Below are positions 25,336 through 37,064 of a DNA stretch of 64,000 nt, in pieces. A program made the position numbers and the translations under genes. Numbering within the stretch: position 1 is the stretch's first letter; the number at the start of each line of letters is the position of its first letter. The stretch lies in assembly GCF_006345805.1 (NCBI RefSeq), contig NC_043005.1, positions 44,764,001-44,828,000 on the forward strand. Reading direction: 5' to 3'. The notes below the pieces were generated by a model, which saw nothing but the letters and a program-made list of their open reading frames with translations, made no database searches and was not told where the DNA came from. The stretch comes from Octopus sinensis. Lineage: Eukaryota.

Positions 25336-26322
25336 GAAAATTTATACACCATGAAAACTGGGGAACCAGCCCTTTTGAGTCAGCAGGACTTGAGAAGTTA
25401 ACCTCATCTTTGAGAACATTGAGCCAGATCCCAAAATTGAATTTTTTTAGGGGACCACACCAAAAATTAAAACACAAATCAATCAAAGAAAACGATATTG
25501 TATTTATTGAGGAAATACCATCAAGGGTCACTGAAAGAATGCTTGAGGGCTACATGAGGCTCTGGCAACCATGATTTTGAGAGCTGCTTCTTTAGACTGC
25601 ATAATGGTGCAGTACCAAGGGAAATTTGAGTTTGCAGTACACTACTAAAGAGATACATCATGTTGTTATAATTTAAAGCATGGCTGTAAAATAGACATTG
25701 ATCCACAGATTTGCTGTTGAATTACGTTAATGGCTAAATCTATTCTTGGATCAACTGTATTTGATGCTGCCCTATTCTATCATTTTCAGAAGCAATCAAT
25801 GGTGCACCTATTTTATAAACAGCAGTAACAGTAGCTTCAATGATGGCTGAAAGAAGCGGCGGCACTGGCCTACATCATTATCTTTTCTAACCAATCAACA
25901 ACTTAGGCAGATGTTATATTAATGAGCATTACTGGCCACAGTTAGCATTTATATGTATTAGAATATTATCAACAGCACCAATTCAGCAACTATGCAGAAA
26001 AACAAACCAGTCACAAAAAAACTCTGCAGAGAAACATTATGGTTTACCTAGTCTTCTTAAAACCAACAGTTTCTATTGATACTGTCAAATTTTTGTATTT
26101 TCTTCTCACTGAGCAGATACATTGTATTTATACATGCAATTACAGGCAAATGTACCACCATCAATTCACTGCAGATGAGCTCACTGCCATCAATTCACTG
26201 TGAAGAAAGTTCACTGCGAGTAAAGTTTATCAAGAAAATATATCCATAGTATCTCACCATTAATAGTTAAAAACTATTTTATTGAAAGAATATGGTGAAC
26301 TCACCAGACATGTATACATACA

Positions 26323-28495
26323 TGATGGCCACCCCCTCGTTATTGAGTATGGCCATTGCACGAGGCTTAACTGTTATCGGTGCTGTGATCGAATGTGACT
26401 TTTTAGCCCAGCTAAAGATCTACAATGTCTTGTACAGAATTGGCAGCTAAAACCTTTACCAGCAATAGCTGGCTGTAGTTGTAACTGGGTTTCATGTACC
26501 TTTGCATGTTGTTTAAGTCCTTCTGCCAAATTACACTCCCTTCTACATACCTGACAGATATGATTAGTAGATTAGTATGGTGTGTAGCACCACCACCAGT
26601 GGCCTGGTTGTCAATCATCTGTCTCGCTTTATGACTACGAAGATGACTCTTGAGTCCAGCTTTACTGAGGCAGGGTCTTGCACAGACACTGCATGTTAGC
26701 ATCATAGGAAGACCCTTACCATCTGGAAGTGCAACAGTGATACTTTCCCTGACATCCTTCCTTACTTTCTCATGCGCAACTTGAGATTTCTCAAAAGTGC
26801 ACAATCCTTCTCAACCTGCTATGGTCAATAGCTATGCCTTCCCATGTGTCAGGAGAGATGCAAGCATCTCTTAAGGAAGCCTTCAGCAAGTCCTTATACC
26901 ATTTTTTTGGTTTATGTGGAGGTTGTTCTCCTTTAGCTAACTCTCCAAAGAAGAGTTGTTTTGGCATCCTTGAATCCTTCATCTGGACCAGATGACCACT
27001 CCATCTGAGCCTTTGCTTCTATACTTTCACACTGAGAGATTTCCAATATTTCAAGGTCACTGATGCGGTCCTCTCACTTAATGCCATAGATCCATCTGAG
27101 GCACATCTGATGGAAACTTTCCAGTTGTTTGAGGTGTTATTGGAATCTAACGCCAGCTGTATCTCATTAGCCTTCTTATTCTACCATGTATTATCCCTCA
27201 TCTGATAGAGCCTCTGCCTCACATATGATTTTACATCCTTGAATTCCCTATGCAACATTTTCCTCTCCTGTGGCTTTGCTGACAAATAACATGACAAAGT
27301 ACATCTTTTATCAGCCAATAAATCATCTATATGTTCATCATTTTCTTTAAACCAATCTCGATGTTTTCTTTGTATCAATCCCAGAACTTGCTTGCCTATA
27401 TCATAAACTGACTTTTTAAGAGCCAGCCACTCCTCCCCAATATCTGCAACATTCATTTCCTCTCGTAAAGTTCTCTTCACACTTTTATACCTAAAACAAT
27501 CAACATTCAGTCTTTTAGGCAGGGTAATCCCTGCAGCCTGGATTTTACATTTTGTGACTAATTTCACTTTTGCATGTACTAGGCGGCGGTTAGTCCAACA
27601 CTCAGCCCCACGAAGAACATGAACACACTGCACATCTCATTTGTACATCTCATCTTACAAGGATGTAATCCAGAATATGCCATTCTTTAGATGCAGGGTG
27701 CATCCATGTGGTCTTAAAATTATTCTTTTGTTGAAACAAGGTATTGGTAACACACAGATGCAGCTCCTCACACATCTACAGCAGAAGCATACCATTACTA
27801 TTATACTTTCCCACCCTATGCTTCCAATTACAGTCCATATGTTAAAATCCCTGCCCACTCTAGCATTAAAGTCACCCAGTACGATGACTTTGTCTGCCCG
27901 AGGGATATTTCTTATTATGCTCTTCAAAGCATGGTAGAAAGAAACTTTTACGTCATCAGTATAGCACATAGTTGGAGCATACACACTCACCATAATTTCC
28001 TTTAACCAAAGGAATTCTCATGGACACAAGACACTCGTTAATCCCAACTGGAAATTCTTCCAACTTATCCACAAGAGTAGTCTTAACAGCAAATGCCACT
28101 CCAGCCTATCCTCTAAACTCTTCATTCCTCCCTCTCCAAAAGAATGTATATTTTCCACAAGATTCTGTAAGATGACCATCTGCAGCTAATCTCGTCTCAG
28201 CTAAAGCAATAATGTCAAGATCATAGTGTCAAGATGTCAAAATTATAGCTCCTTCACAACAAGCGCAGTCCTCGCAACCAGCGCAGTCCTTCACAACAAG
28301 TGCAGTCCATCGCTCAGGACATTCAAAGGACTCACACTCAAGCAGCGTCCATACATTCCAATAGCCAATATTCAATATTTTATTTGGTTCTATCACAGTA
28401 GCATGATGACAGCCGGGTTCAGACTGTGATGCTCTGGTGCCCCTGCTGGGTCAGACTCTTTCATCTGATGTGGTTCCAGAGTCCTTGCTGCCATT
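26323..28495 (-). mobile_element. RTE-clade (BovB-like) LINE with APE endonuclease, no RT domain, three C-terminal C2H2 fingers
   Basis: ATG at 28404; NIGYWNVWTLL, DIIALAETRL, GVAFAVK, VSVYAPT, VLGDFNARVG, WHILDYILVR; junction at ~27136 to HLKQLESFHQMCLR...QRLRWSGHLVQMKDSRMPKQLFFGEL; fingers 26631-26693, 26494-26556, 26380-26445; stop 26374-26376; several stops and frameshifts. Confidence 0.9.
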
Positions 28496-28971
28496 TATTT
28501 TTATACTCTTTTGGTACATCATTGATTATTTGCTTTTTAAGGCTACAGCCAGCCATTTAGTTGAGACTTACAACACTATCAACAATCATGAATTAGTTAA
28601 TGAATTTAATCAATCAATCAATCAATGTTGTTATCGTGCAATGCCTGTGCAAGAAGATTCTTTTTTTAAGTGAAGAAAGGCTGTGCACTGAGTCAATCCC
28701 ACTCACTAAGCAACAACAGCCATTATCCAAATGTAGTTCGCCAGGCATGCATGTACTTGATTATGGAACCATTTCCCTGCATTATGAGTTCTAGCTGTGT
28801 TTCCTCAGGCAATATGTAAATATAGTTTCCATAAGTTCAAATTCTTGGCTTCAAGAACATCCTCACTGTCTGTTGTGGCTTGAATTTAGTAGTAGTCACT
28901 GAGTTTATCAATGTGTGTTGTTGCTGAAGGACTGTTGGTTTCAATTATATATATATATATATATATATATA

Positions 28972-29189
28972 AACTCTTTTACTCTCTTTACTCTTTTACT
29001 TGTTTCAGTCATTAGTAGAAGAAATCGCCCCCAAGACTTATTCTTTCTAAGCCTAGTACTTATTCTATCGGTTTCTTTTGCCAAACTGCTAGGTTACAGG
29101 GACATAAACACACTAGCATCAGTTGTCAAGCGATGTTGGGGACAAACACAGACACACAACCATATACACACACATACATACATACATAC

Positions 29190-29236
<47 letters not shown>

Positions 29237-29397
29237 TATACAACAAGCTTCTTTCAGTTTCCATCTACCAAATCCACTCACAAGGCTTTGGTCATCCCAA
29301 GGCTATAGTAGAAGGCACTTGCCCAAGGTGCCACGCAGTGGGACTGAACGCAGAACCATGTAGTTGGTAAGCAAGCTACTTACTACACAGCCACTCC
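28972..29397 (-). mobile_element. SINE family A, full-length
   Basis: Tail, 3' module, TA/CA linker, head ending cacagccactcct. Confidence 0.9.
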
Positions 29398-29777
29398 TGA
29401 TTAAGAGGAGAAATGACAAGGTATGGGTAATTTAATTTGAAGCATTAAACAAGGTAAGTGATTTTTGTGAAAAATAGATTGATTGTCTATGATCATGGCA
29501 TATTTAAAATGTTGAATATTCTCAAATATATATATATATATATTATGTTTTATCTTTTACTTGTTTCAGTCATTTGACTGCAGCCATATTGTAACACTGC
29601 CTTGAGGAATTTTAGTCAAATGAATTGACTTCAGTACGTTTTTTTTTTAAGCTTAGTACTTACTCTATTAGTTTCATTGCTGAACTGCTAAGTTACAGGG
29701 ATGTAAACATACCAGCACCAGTTGTCAAGCAGTGGGTGAAGGGGAAAAACACAGACACAAACACACACACACACACG

Positions 29778-29811
<34 letters not shown>

Positions 29812-30002
29812 CATGCCTGTGTGTGTGTGTGTATGTATAAACACACACAATGGGCTTCTTTCAGTTTCTATCTACCAAATCAACTCATAAGGGTTTGATC
29901 ACTCCTATGGCTATAATAGAAGGCACTTGCCCAAGGTGCCATACAGTGAGATTGAATACAGAACTATGTGGAAGGAAAGAAAACTTCTTACCACACAGCC
30001 AC

Positions 30003-30041
<39 letters not shown>

Positions 30042-30808
30042 GTACTCCAGGAATTAGGGCTTCTTAAATAAAAGTTTATGTTGACACTGATTTAAAGTGT
30101 CTTTCATATAAACAAATTTAAGACACTCATATAATGGTTCTAATTTTGAATTACAATTTATTATTCAAACTTGTTTTATAAAAGTTGTGAACTATTTGAT
30201 AATTTTAAAATATTTAGCTTCACTAATCAAATACTTTATGAAAATTCATCAGCAGACTAATGAAAATCAATGCAAATTTAAACCAGCTAAGATATTTTTT
30301 TATGAGATTATAAATATTTTTTTAATTGTAATTTATTACTTTCAAGTTACCGGTTACCATAAATAAACAATAGTTGTATAACGAGGACACGTCACAAGCT
30401 TCACAAAATGGTTATGCACATTAATTGTGTTTATTTATAATATTGCTACAAAGTAATGTTTATTTCATTATAAAATATCTGAAATCTAGAATTCAAAAAA
30501 AAACAAAAAAACAAGATTAAATAGAAAAAAACAAACAAAAAGAAACAGAAAGAAAAAATGCACAAAAAAAACAAAACATTAAGGATTTTCAGTCTCTGTC
30601 CTAGAAATAATAATTTTATAAAAGGAATTGAAAGATCAAAGAATAATGAAGCTAAAGATTAAAAGACATTGCCTGATTAAGAGGAGAAATGACAAGGGAT
30701 GGGTAATTTAATTTGAAGCAATAAAACAAGGTAAGTGATTTTTGTGGAAAATAGATTGATTGTCTACGATCATGGCATATTTTAAAATGTTGAATATTCT
30801 CAAATATA
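29396..30808 (+). repeat. Local ~135-bp direct duplication: 29396-29530 and 30672-30808
   Basis: cctgattaagaggagaaatgacaagg...aacaaggtaagtgatttttgtg...gttgaatattctcaaatata occurs twice with few differences. Confidence 0.9.
29553..30005 (-). mobile_element. SINE family A, full-length
   Basis: Tripartite layout ending cacacagccacgcc. Confidence 0.85.
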
Positions 30809-31166
30809 TTAATTTAGCTGGAAATAATGAAGAAACAATTGAAATTGGTTTTAGTACATATCAAACTGGTTATGCTCACAAGGAAATGATAAGCTTATAT
30901 GTATTCGGATATGTTGGTTATGAGCGAGAGACAGTATAGCATATAGCTAGCTGTAAATTAGTTATAAGAGAATAGGGAAATAAAAGGCGAAGAGGAAAAG
31001 CAAAATAGGGAAAAAGAAGCATGAGAAAACTACTGTATCATAGTGGAACTCCAGTGTAAAAAATATTAATGTTCCATATTTCTACACGAGAGGAGAAATA
31101 CGTATATCATTATCATCATCCCCACCACCACTACCACCATCACCACCATCATAGTCATCATCATTG

Positions 31167-31205
<39 letters not shown>

Positions 31206-31206
31206 C

Positions 31207-31350
31207 TATCTATCTGGTACTTATTTAATCGACCCTGAAAGGATGAAAGGCAAAGTCGACCTTGGCGGAATTTGAACTCAGAACATAACAGTAGACGAAA
31301 TACTGCTAAGAATTTTGCCCGGCGTGCTGACGTTTCTACCAGCTCGCCAC
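31207..31350 (-). mobile_element. SINE family D (tRNA-derived)
   Basis: Reverse complement of ggcgagctgg.agaa.cgt.agcacgcc...gttctgagttcaaattccgcc.aggtcgactttgcctttcatcc. Confidence 0.75.
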
Positions 31351-31649
31351 GTTCATCATCACTACCACCATCATCATCTTCCCACTGCCATAGGGATCAT
31401 CATTATCATCTTCGCTGCCACTGCTGCTGTCACCACTATCGCCGCCGCCACCATCAACACCACCATCATCAGCAGCAGCATTGCCATTTTCAGCGTTGTT
31501 GTCATTTTAATATCCATATTTCCATGCTTGGATGATTCAAAAGGAAACTTGTTTGAGGCAAGCTTTTTTTCTATGGGCAGGTATTTTTCTTGTCAACAAA
31601 CTTCACCTGTTTCAAAGTAGGGTAAGATTCTTTCACTGAGGATTGTAGA

Positions 31650-31813
31650 CAGGCACAAGCATGGCTGTGTGGTAAGAAACTTGCTTCCCAACCACATAAT
31701 TCTGGGTTCAGTCCCATTACATGGCATCTAGGGCAAGTGTATTCCACTATAACCTCAGGCTGACCAAAGTCTTGTGAGTGGATGTGGTAGACAGAAACTG
31801 AAAGAAACCCATC

Positions 31814-31851
<38 letters not shown>

Positions 31852-32037
31852 TTGTGTGTGTGTGCCTTTGAGTCTGTTTTTGTCATCCTGTTATCACCCA
31901 ACAACAGGTGCTGGTGTGTTTATGTCCTCATAACTTAGCGGTTCAGCAAAAGAGAAATGATAGGATATGTACTAGGCTTCAAAATATAAGTTCTGGGGTC
32001 GATATGTTCATCTAAATCCCTTCAAGGTGGTGCTTCA
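31650..32037 (+). mobile_element. SINE family A, full-length
   Basis: Head, (TG)n, 3' module. Confidence 0.85.
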
Positions 32038-32064
32038 TGTTTGTGTATGAATATATATGTATGT

Positions 32065-32278
32065 AAGGCTGTCTGTTGGCAGAATCATTAGCACACCAGG
32101 TGAAATACTTAGCGGCATTTTGGCTATCTGTATGTTCTCAGTTCAAATTCCACCAGGGTCAACTTTGCTTTTCATCCTTTTGGGATTGATAAAATAAGCA
32201 CCAGACTAGTACTGGGGTCGATGTAATTGAATAACCCCCTCCAATGAAATTACTCAACTCGTGCCTAAATTTGAATGC
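32065..32278 (+). mobile_element. SINE family D
   Basis: ttggcagaatcattagcacaccagg...gttcaaattccacc...actggggtcgatgtaattga. Confidence 0.75.
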
Positions 32279-32296
32279 AATATATATGTATGTGTC

Positions 32297-32515
32297 TCTT
32301 TTACTCTTTTATTTGTTTCAGTCATTTGACTTCAGCCATGCTGGAGCACTGCTTTTAGTTGAACAAATCAACCCCAGGACTCATTCTTTGTAAGCCTAGT
32401 ATTTATTCTGTTGGACTCTTTTGCTGAACCGCTAAGTTACTGGGATGTAAACACACCTGCATTGGTTGTCAAGCGATGGTGGGAGGGCAAAGAAAGACAC
32501 AGAGACACACACACA
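32297..32515 (-). mobile_element. SINE family A, 3' half
   Basis: 3' module in reverse orientation. Confidence 0.8.
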
Positions 32516-33427
32516 TTCAGCATGACACACAATGTGATGTGACAAGGCTGACCCTTCGTATTACAAGTACAAGTCAATTTTGACTGCTGAGTGGACAGGA
32601 GCAATGTGAAATAAAAGTGTCTTGCCGAAGAGCACAAATACACCACTAGGTATCAAACGATCTTGAGCTAAAAACTGTAACCACTTTGCCACATGCCTTC
32701 ACTAACATCATATTAAAGATGTGTTAACAATTCATATGTTAACAGTTTATGTGCTGTAGAATATATCTATAGACTTTATTCAAAACTGTATTTAAAAGAC
32801 AGCCGTAAACACCTAGTTGTTATGTACAGTATCTTGGTGGACTGAAAAAGAATGATCAGCATTGAATTATAACACATCAACACTGATTTATTAACAGAAT
32901 GAGTAGCCAAGAATGTGTTAAAGTATGCAAATTAGTCAAGCTGATTTATGTAAGACATAAATATATTATATATAACAACAAGTTGTTTATTCTGTCTATT
33001 AAATAAATATATTTTATTGTAGAATATAGCATCAAAGACAATACTGTCTACTGTTGAAGTGGCATTGATTTCTATTCAAAATTATGTTTGCTTTATTTCA
33101 TATTAGATTAATCCTTCCATGTTTCTTGCTATAGCAAGGAAACATACATCATATTCCCATATCCAGAGCATAACTGATCATATTGTTAAGGTTGCCAGCA
33201 GGAAATATCCACTTATTGTTTTTATAGCATTAGTTCCCAGTGTCCTGTGATACACTGGTGTGCCATGAGATATGACTAGATGCCTTGTGGAAATAATAAA
33301 GTTATTCGTTATTAGCAACAAAAGCAGTATTAGTTCAAAATTTCATATTGTATATCTTACTTAATGTTGATACACTGCAGAAAGCCACAAAAATATGGTA
33401 TTCATTTCAAGAAAGCATCTCATATAC

Positions 33428-33855
33428 TCTTTTACTCTCTCTCTCTTTTACTCTTTTACTTGTTTCAGTCATGTAACTGTGGCCATGTGGGAGCACCGCC
33501 TTTAGTCGAGCAAATTGACTCCAGGACTTATTCTTTGTAAGCCTAGTACTTATTCTATCAGTCTCTTTTGCCGAACCGCTAAGTTACAGGGATGTAAACA
33601 CACCAGCATCGGTTGTCAAGCGATGTTGGGGGGGGGGGGCAACACAGACCCACTAACATATACACACACATACATATATATATACATATATACGACAGGC
33701 TTCTTTTAGTTTCCATCTACCAAATCCACTCACAAAGCATTGGTCGGCCTGAGGCTATAGTAGAAGACACTTGCCCAAGGTGCCACGCAGTGGGACTGAA
33801 CCCGGAACTATGTGGTTGGTAAGCAAGCTACTTAGCACACAGCCATTCCTACACC
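33428..33855 (-). mobile_element. SINE family A, full-length, well preserved
   Basis: Tail, 3' module, linker, head ending cacacagccattcctacacct. Confidence 0.9.
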
Positions 33856-34352
33856 TATATAGACATATAGGTACTAAAAGTCGGAGATGAAGTAGTGTTT
33901 TCTGCCATCTACTTAATTTACAGTACTTGCGATAGAATGTTTTTAAATAAAAAGTGAAAATTTTAGGTTTTCTGATATGAGTTTGAATAAATAAATGAAT
34001 AGCACCTTAGAAATGTTAATAACATATGAATATAAATAATAAATTGCACACATAATTTTTTTTGCCATCAAAACTAAAAAAATGTTTTTTTTAATAAAAA
34101 AATTTTCTACATCAAAGTAAAATGAGAATTTATTTTAATTAATATTTTATACAACCACCTTTAGCTCTGAGAATTGGTATGTTCCTTTTCTTGGAGAGTA
34201 TAACTTTTGTCATATTTCTTTCTTTATTCTTGTCTGTCTTGTTGACTGGGGATAATTATTGGCTAATACATCATTATAAGGATTTAGCCTGTTGTCCCAC
34301 CAATAAATCATAATTTTCTGACATCTCTATAGTACATAACTTCACATGATAT

Positions 34353-34643
34353 ATCATCATCATCATCCTCAGCAGCATTTGGTGTTTGTTTTCCATACTG
34401 GCATGGGTTAGATGGTTTGACTGGAGCTAGTAAGCTGGGGAGCTGAACTTGGCTCCAGCCTGATTTTGGCTGAGTTTCTATGGCTGGATGCCCTTCCTAA
34501 CAGCAACCACTCTGAGAGTGTAGTAGGTGCCTTTCATGTGTCACTGGCATGGGGGCCTTTTATGTTTCACTGCCAGCCCTCAGTCAAAATCGTCCAACCC
34601 TTGCTAGCATGGAAAACGGACGTTAAATGATGATGAGGATGAT
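34353..34643. mobile_element. Two family C copies head-to-head (minus 34353-34570, plus 34573-34643)
   Basis: (CAT)n tail at left, (ATG)n tail at right; right copy closely matches the 18553 copy, left copy is more diverged. Confidence 0.7.
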
Positions 34644-35366
34644 ACATACATACATGCATACATACATACATACATACACACGTGCATACACGCACACACA
34701 AACATATACACACACAACAGACTCTCTTGTCAATGATGACATATGTATGTTCAGCTCTTTACTGGATGACCTGCACAAATGATTTGTTTATATTGGTCAA
34801 ATGTTCATGCCACGCATCAGCTCATTCTTTCCATCAAATGAACATTGTCTGAACAGGTACACTGTGTACCACACGTCAGGTGTCTAAGTGATTGCAGAAC
34901 AACATGAGGTGAAGTGTTTTGCTCAAGAACACAAGATACCACCTGGTCTAGGAATTGAAATCATGATAGCTAGACCAGGAGTGCAGCACCTTAACTACTA
35001 GGCCATGTGCCCTCACACGCACACACATACACACATACATATGTATATACATACATATATGCATATATACATATACGTATATATAAAAATCCAAATTGTG
35101 GCTGTGGAATGGGTAAAAATCAGGCTACATATGTTTCATAGCTATCTGATCCTCTAATGTAATAATTACTTAAAGCTATTCATTGGGCCAAGGATACCTT
35201 AATTACATGAAAGTTACATTATTGCTTGGGAATCCCAATGCCAGATGTGAGTTGAAATCATACATGTATGTATGTATGTATGTATGTATGTATGTATGTA
35301 TGTATGTATGTATGTATGTGTGTATGTATGTATGTATGCATGTATGTATGTATGTATGTATATATG

Positions 35367-37064
35367 TCTCTTCTATTTTTTTAATTGTAAATTTTCCACT
35401 GAGGAGGAAGCCAGTTTCCGACAAAGATACAAGGCTCCATGTAGTTAACACTAATTCACATTTGTAACTTGAGAAAAATCTTGCATATTTTTACTGTTAC
35501 ACTCACAGATTGCACTTGTAATGTATGAATCAGCTGGTCAGTTTCTCTTTCTGAAAATCCCAGTTTATCCAGATTCTCTTTTAAGCATTTATTAACAAAA
35601 CCTAGTGCTCCAACTATTATTGGTATGAATATAAATTCATAGCCTGGATATAGAAGCTGGATGTTTCAAAGTAGTTGTCCATAGATATCCTCTTTTTCTT
35701 TGATTTTCAAAGAAATATTTATAATAATAATAATAATAATGAAATTATTGTATACAGTGCTCAGGTGCACCACAACTTGTCAGAAAGTGCATATAAAGTG
35801 TATGCAGTAATGTCCAAATGTCTGGAAAGCGAACAATGTATGAGTCAGATACATGCTTCTGTGTGTATGGAGGAGAAAAAAATCAGGTGTAGTGTTGGCG
35901 AATCTCAGAAAGCATAGAAGTTTTGAAGGATGCAGTGCTCCGACAACTAACAACTAATGCCGGCAGTTTGCTCTATGCTTCAGCAACTCTCAGCGTGAAA
36001 GAATGTTTCCTAAAGTCATGGGAGCAGTGCTGTTTTCTGACTTTGTAAATATGCCCACGGGTGTTAGACGGGTGGAGTTTGAAAAGGTGTTCAGAGTTAT
36101 TCTTATAACTGCAGGGCAGCTAACCTCTATGATGGTACATACCATTGCCCCTCTGTCCCAAACAACAATATCTGGCCTATTATGCTTACATTTGACATGT
36201 TTTGATGGGAATATTCCACCAGTATTCCTTGAGTTGGTGTTTATGAATGTATTCCACAACAGAGGGATTTTCTAAGTTTATTTCAGTACAGTCTTTTTTG
36301 CGGATGGCATTGTAAACTGCTTTAGCAACAACATTGTGCTGCATAGGGTGGCAGTACTGTGACGACATTTTAGGGCAGCTACTAATCACTTGTGTAATGT
36401 CTTCTGTAGAAACATGACATAACCTATACATGCAGTTGCACCTTGGGAATACAAGAGCGTCACTGTCTCTCTTCTTCACCAGGTTCTTTGTGGCACTCTC
36501 CTGTTCCTGGATTGCAAATGCATAGCCTTCAAAGAGTGATGTGATGTAGTGGTCTTGTGTCCAAGAGAGGCTGTGCTTCATGTCAATTTTACTGTCTTCC
36601 TCAAGCTTCCTAGCAACATGCCCATGCATGGTCATTTTTTTGTATACTGAGTGCTTTCCATCCAGGTCTTCTCTGAGGTACGAGAGCCCAGCTGTTTTGG
36701 TGCTGTATAGGAGATCATCAGAAAGAGAATGTTTCTTGAGGAGTTCACTGCCAACTCGTACAATGTTGCTCACTTCATTTTTCAGGACTGCATTAATATA
36801 TTTATTTTTACTGTTGTTGTTTAGCAGATGTTACCTGAGTGATACCACAAGGTATTCGAAGGCCAGCTGCACTGATATCAGGCCTCTACCACCATCATTT
36901 CTTCTTAGGTACAGCCTGTCAATATCACTGTTTCTGCGAAAGTTCCCAGTTGATGTCAGGATTTTGCAGGTTTTGATATCTATTGAGTGGATTTCCTCTA
37001 CAGATCAATCAAATATCCCAAATGTTGGTATCAGCACTGGCACTGCAAAGGCATTGTGAGATAT
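35367..37064 (-). mobile_element. 5'-truncated R4/Dong-clade LINE (restriction-like endonuclease type)
   Basis: AFAVPVLIPTFG...DIDRLYLRRNDGGRGL; FEGYAFAIQEQE; CCHC knuckle CRLCHVSTEDITQVISSCPK; RLE motif HNRPDIVVWD...IIEVSCPA; C-terminus IPIIVGALG...KICKIFLKLQM* (stop 35456-35458). Confidence 0.85.
35719..36108 (-). mobile_element. CR1-type LINE 3' end nested in the R4 element, TSD TTATAA
   Basis: TRGHIYKVRKQHCSHDFRKHSFTLRVAEA*SKLPA...SFK plus (ATT)n tail; ttataa at 35719-35724 and 36103-36108. Confidence 0.8.

Noticed and set aside
25790-25890. AVTVAS...SGGTG resembling Helitron Pif1 helicase motifs
   Set aside because: Motifs are in the wrong order and spacing, and no other helicase motifs are present.
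36580-37059. 159-aa + strand ORF
   Set aside because: Antisense shadow of the minus-strand R4 LINE ORF.
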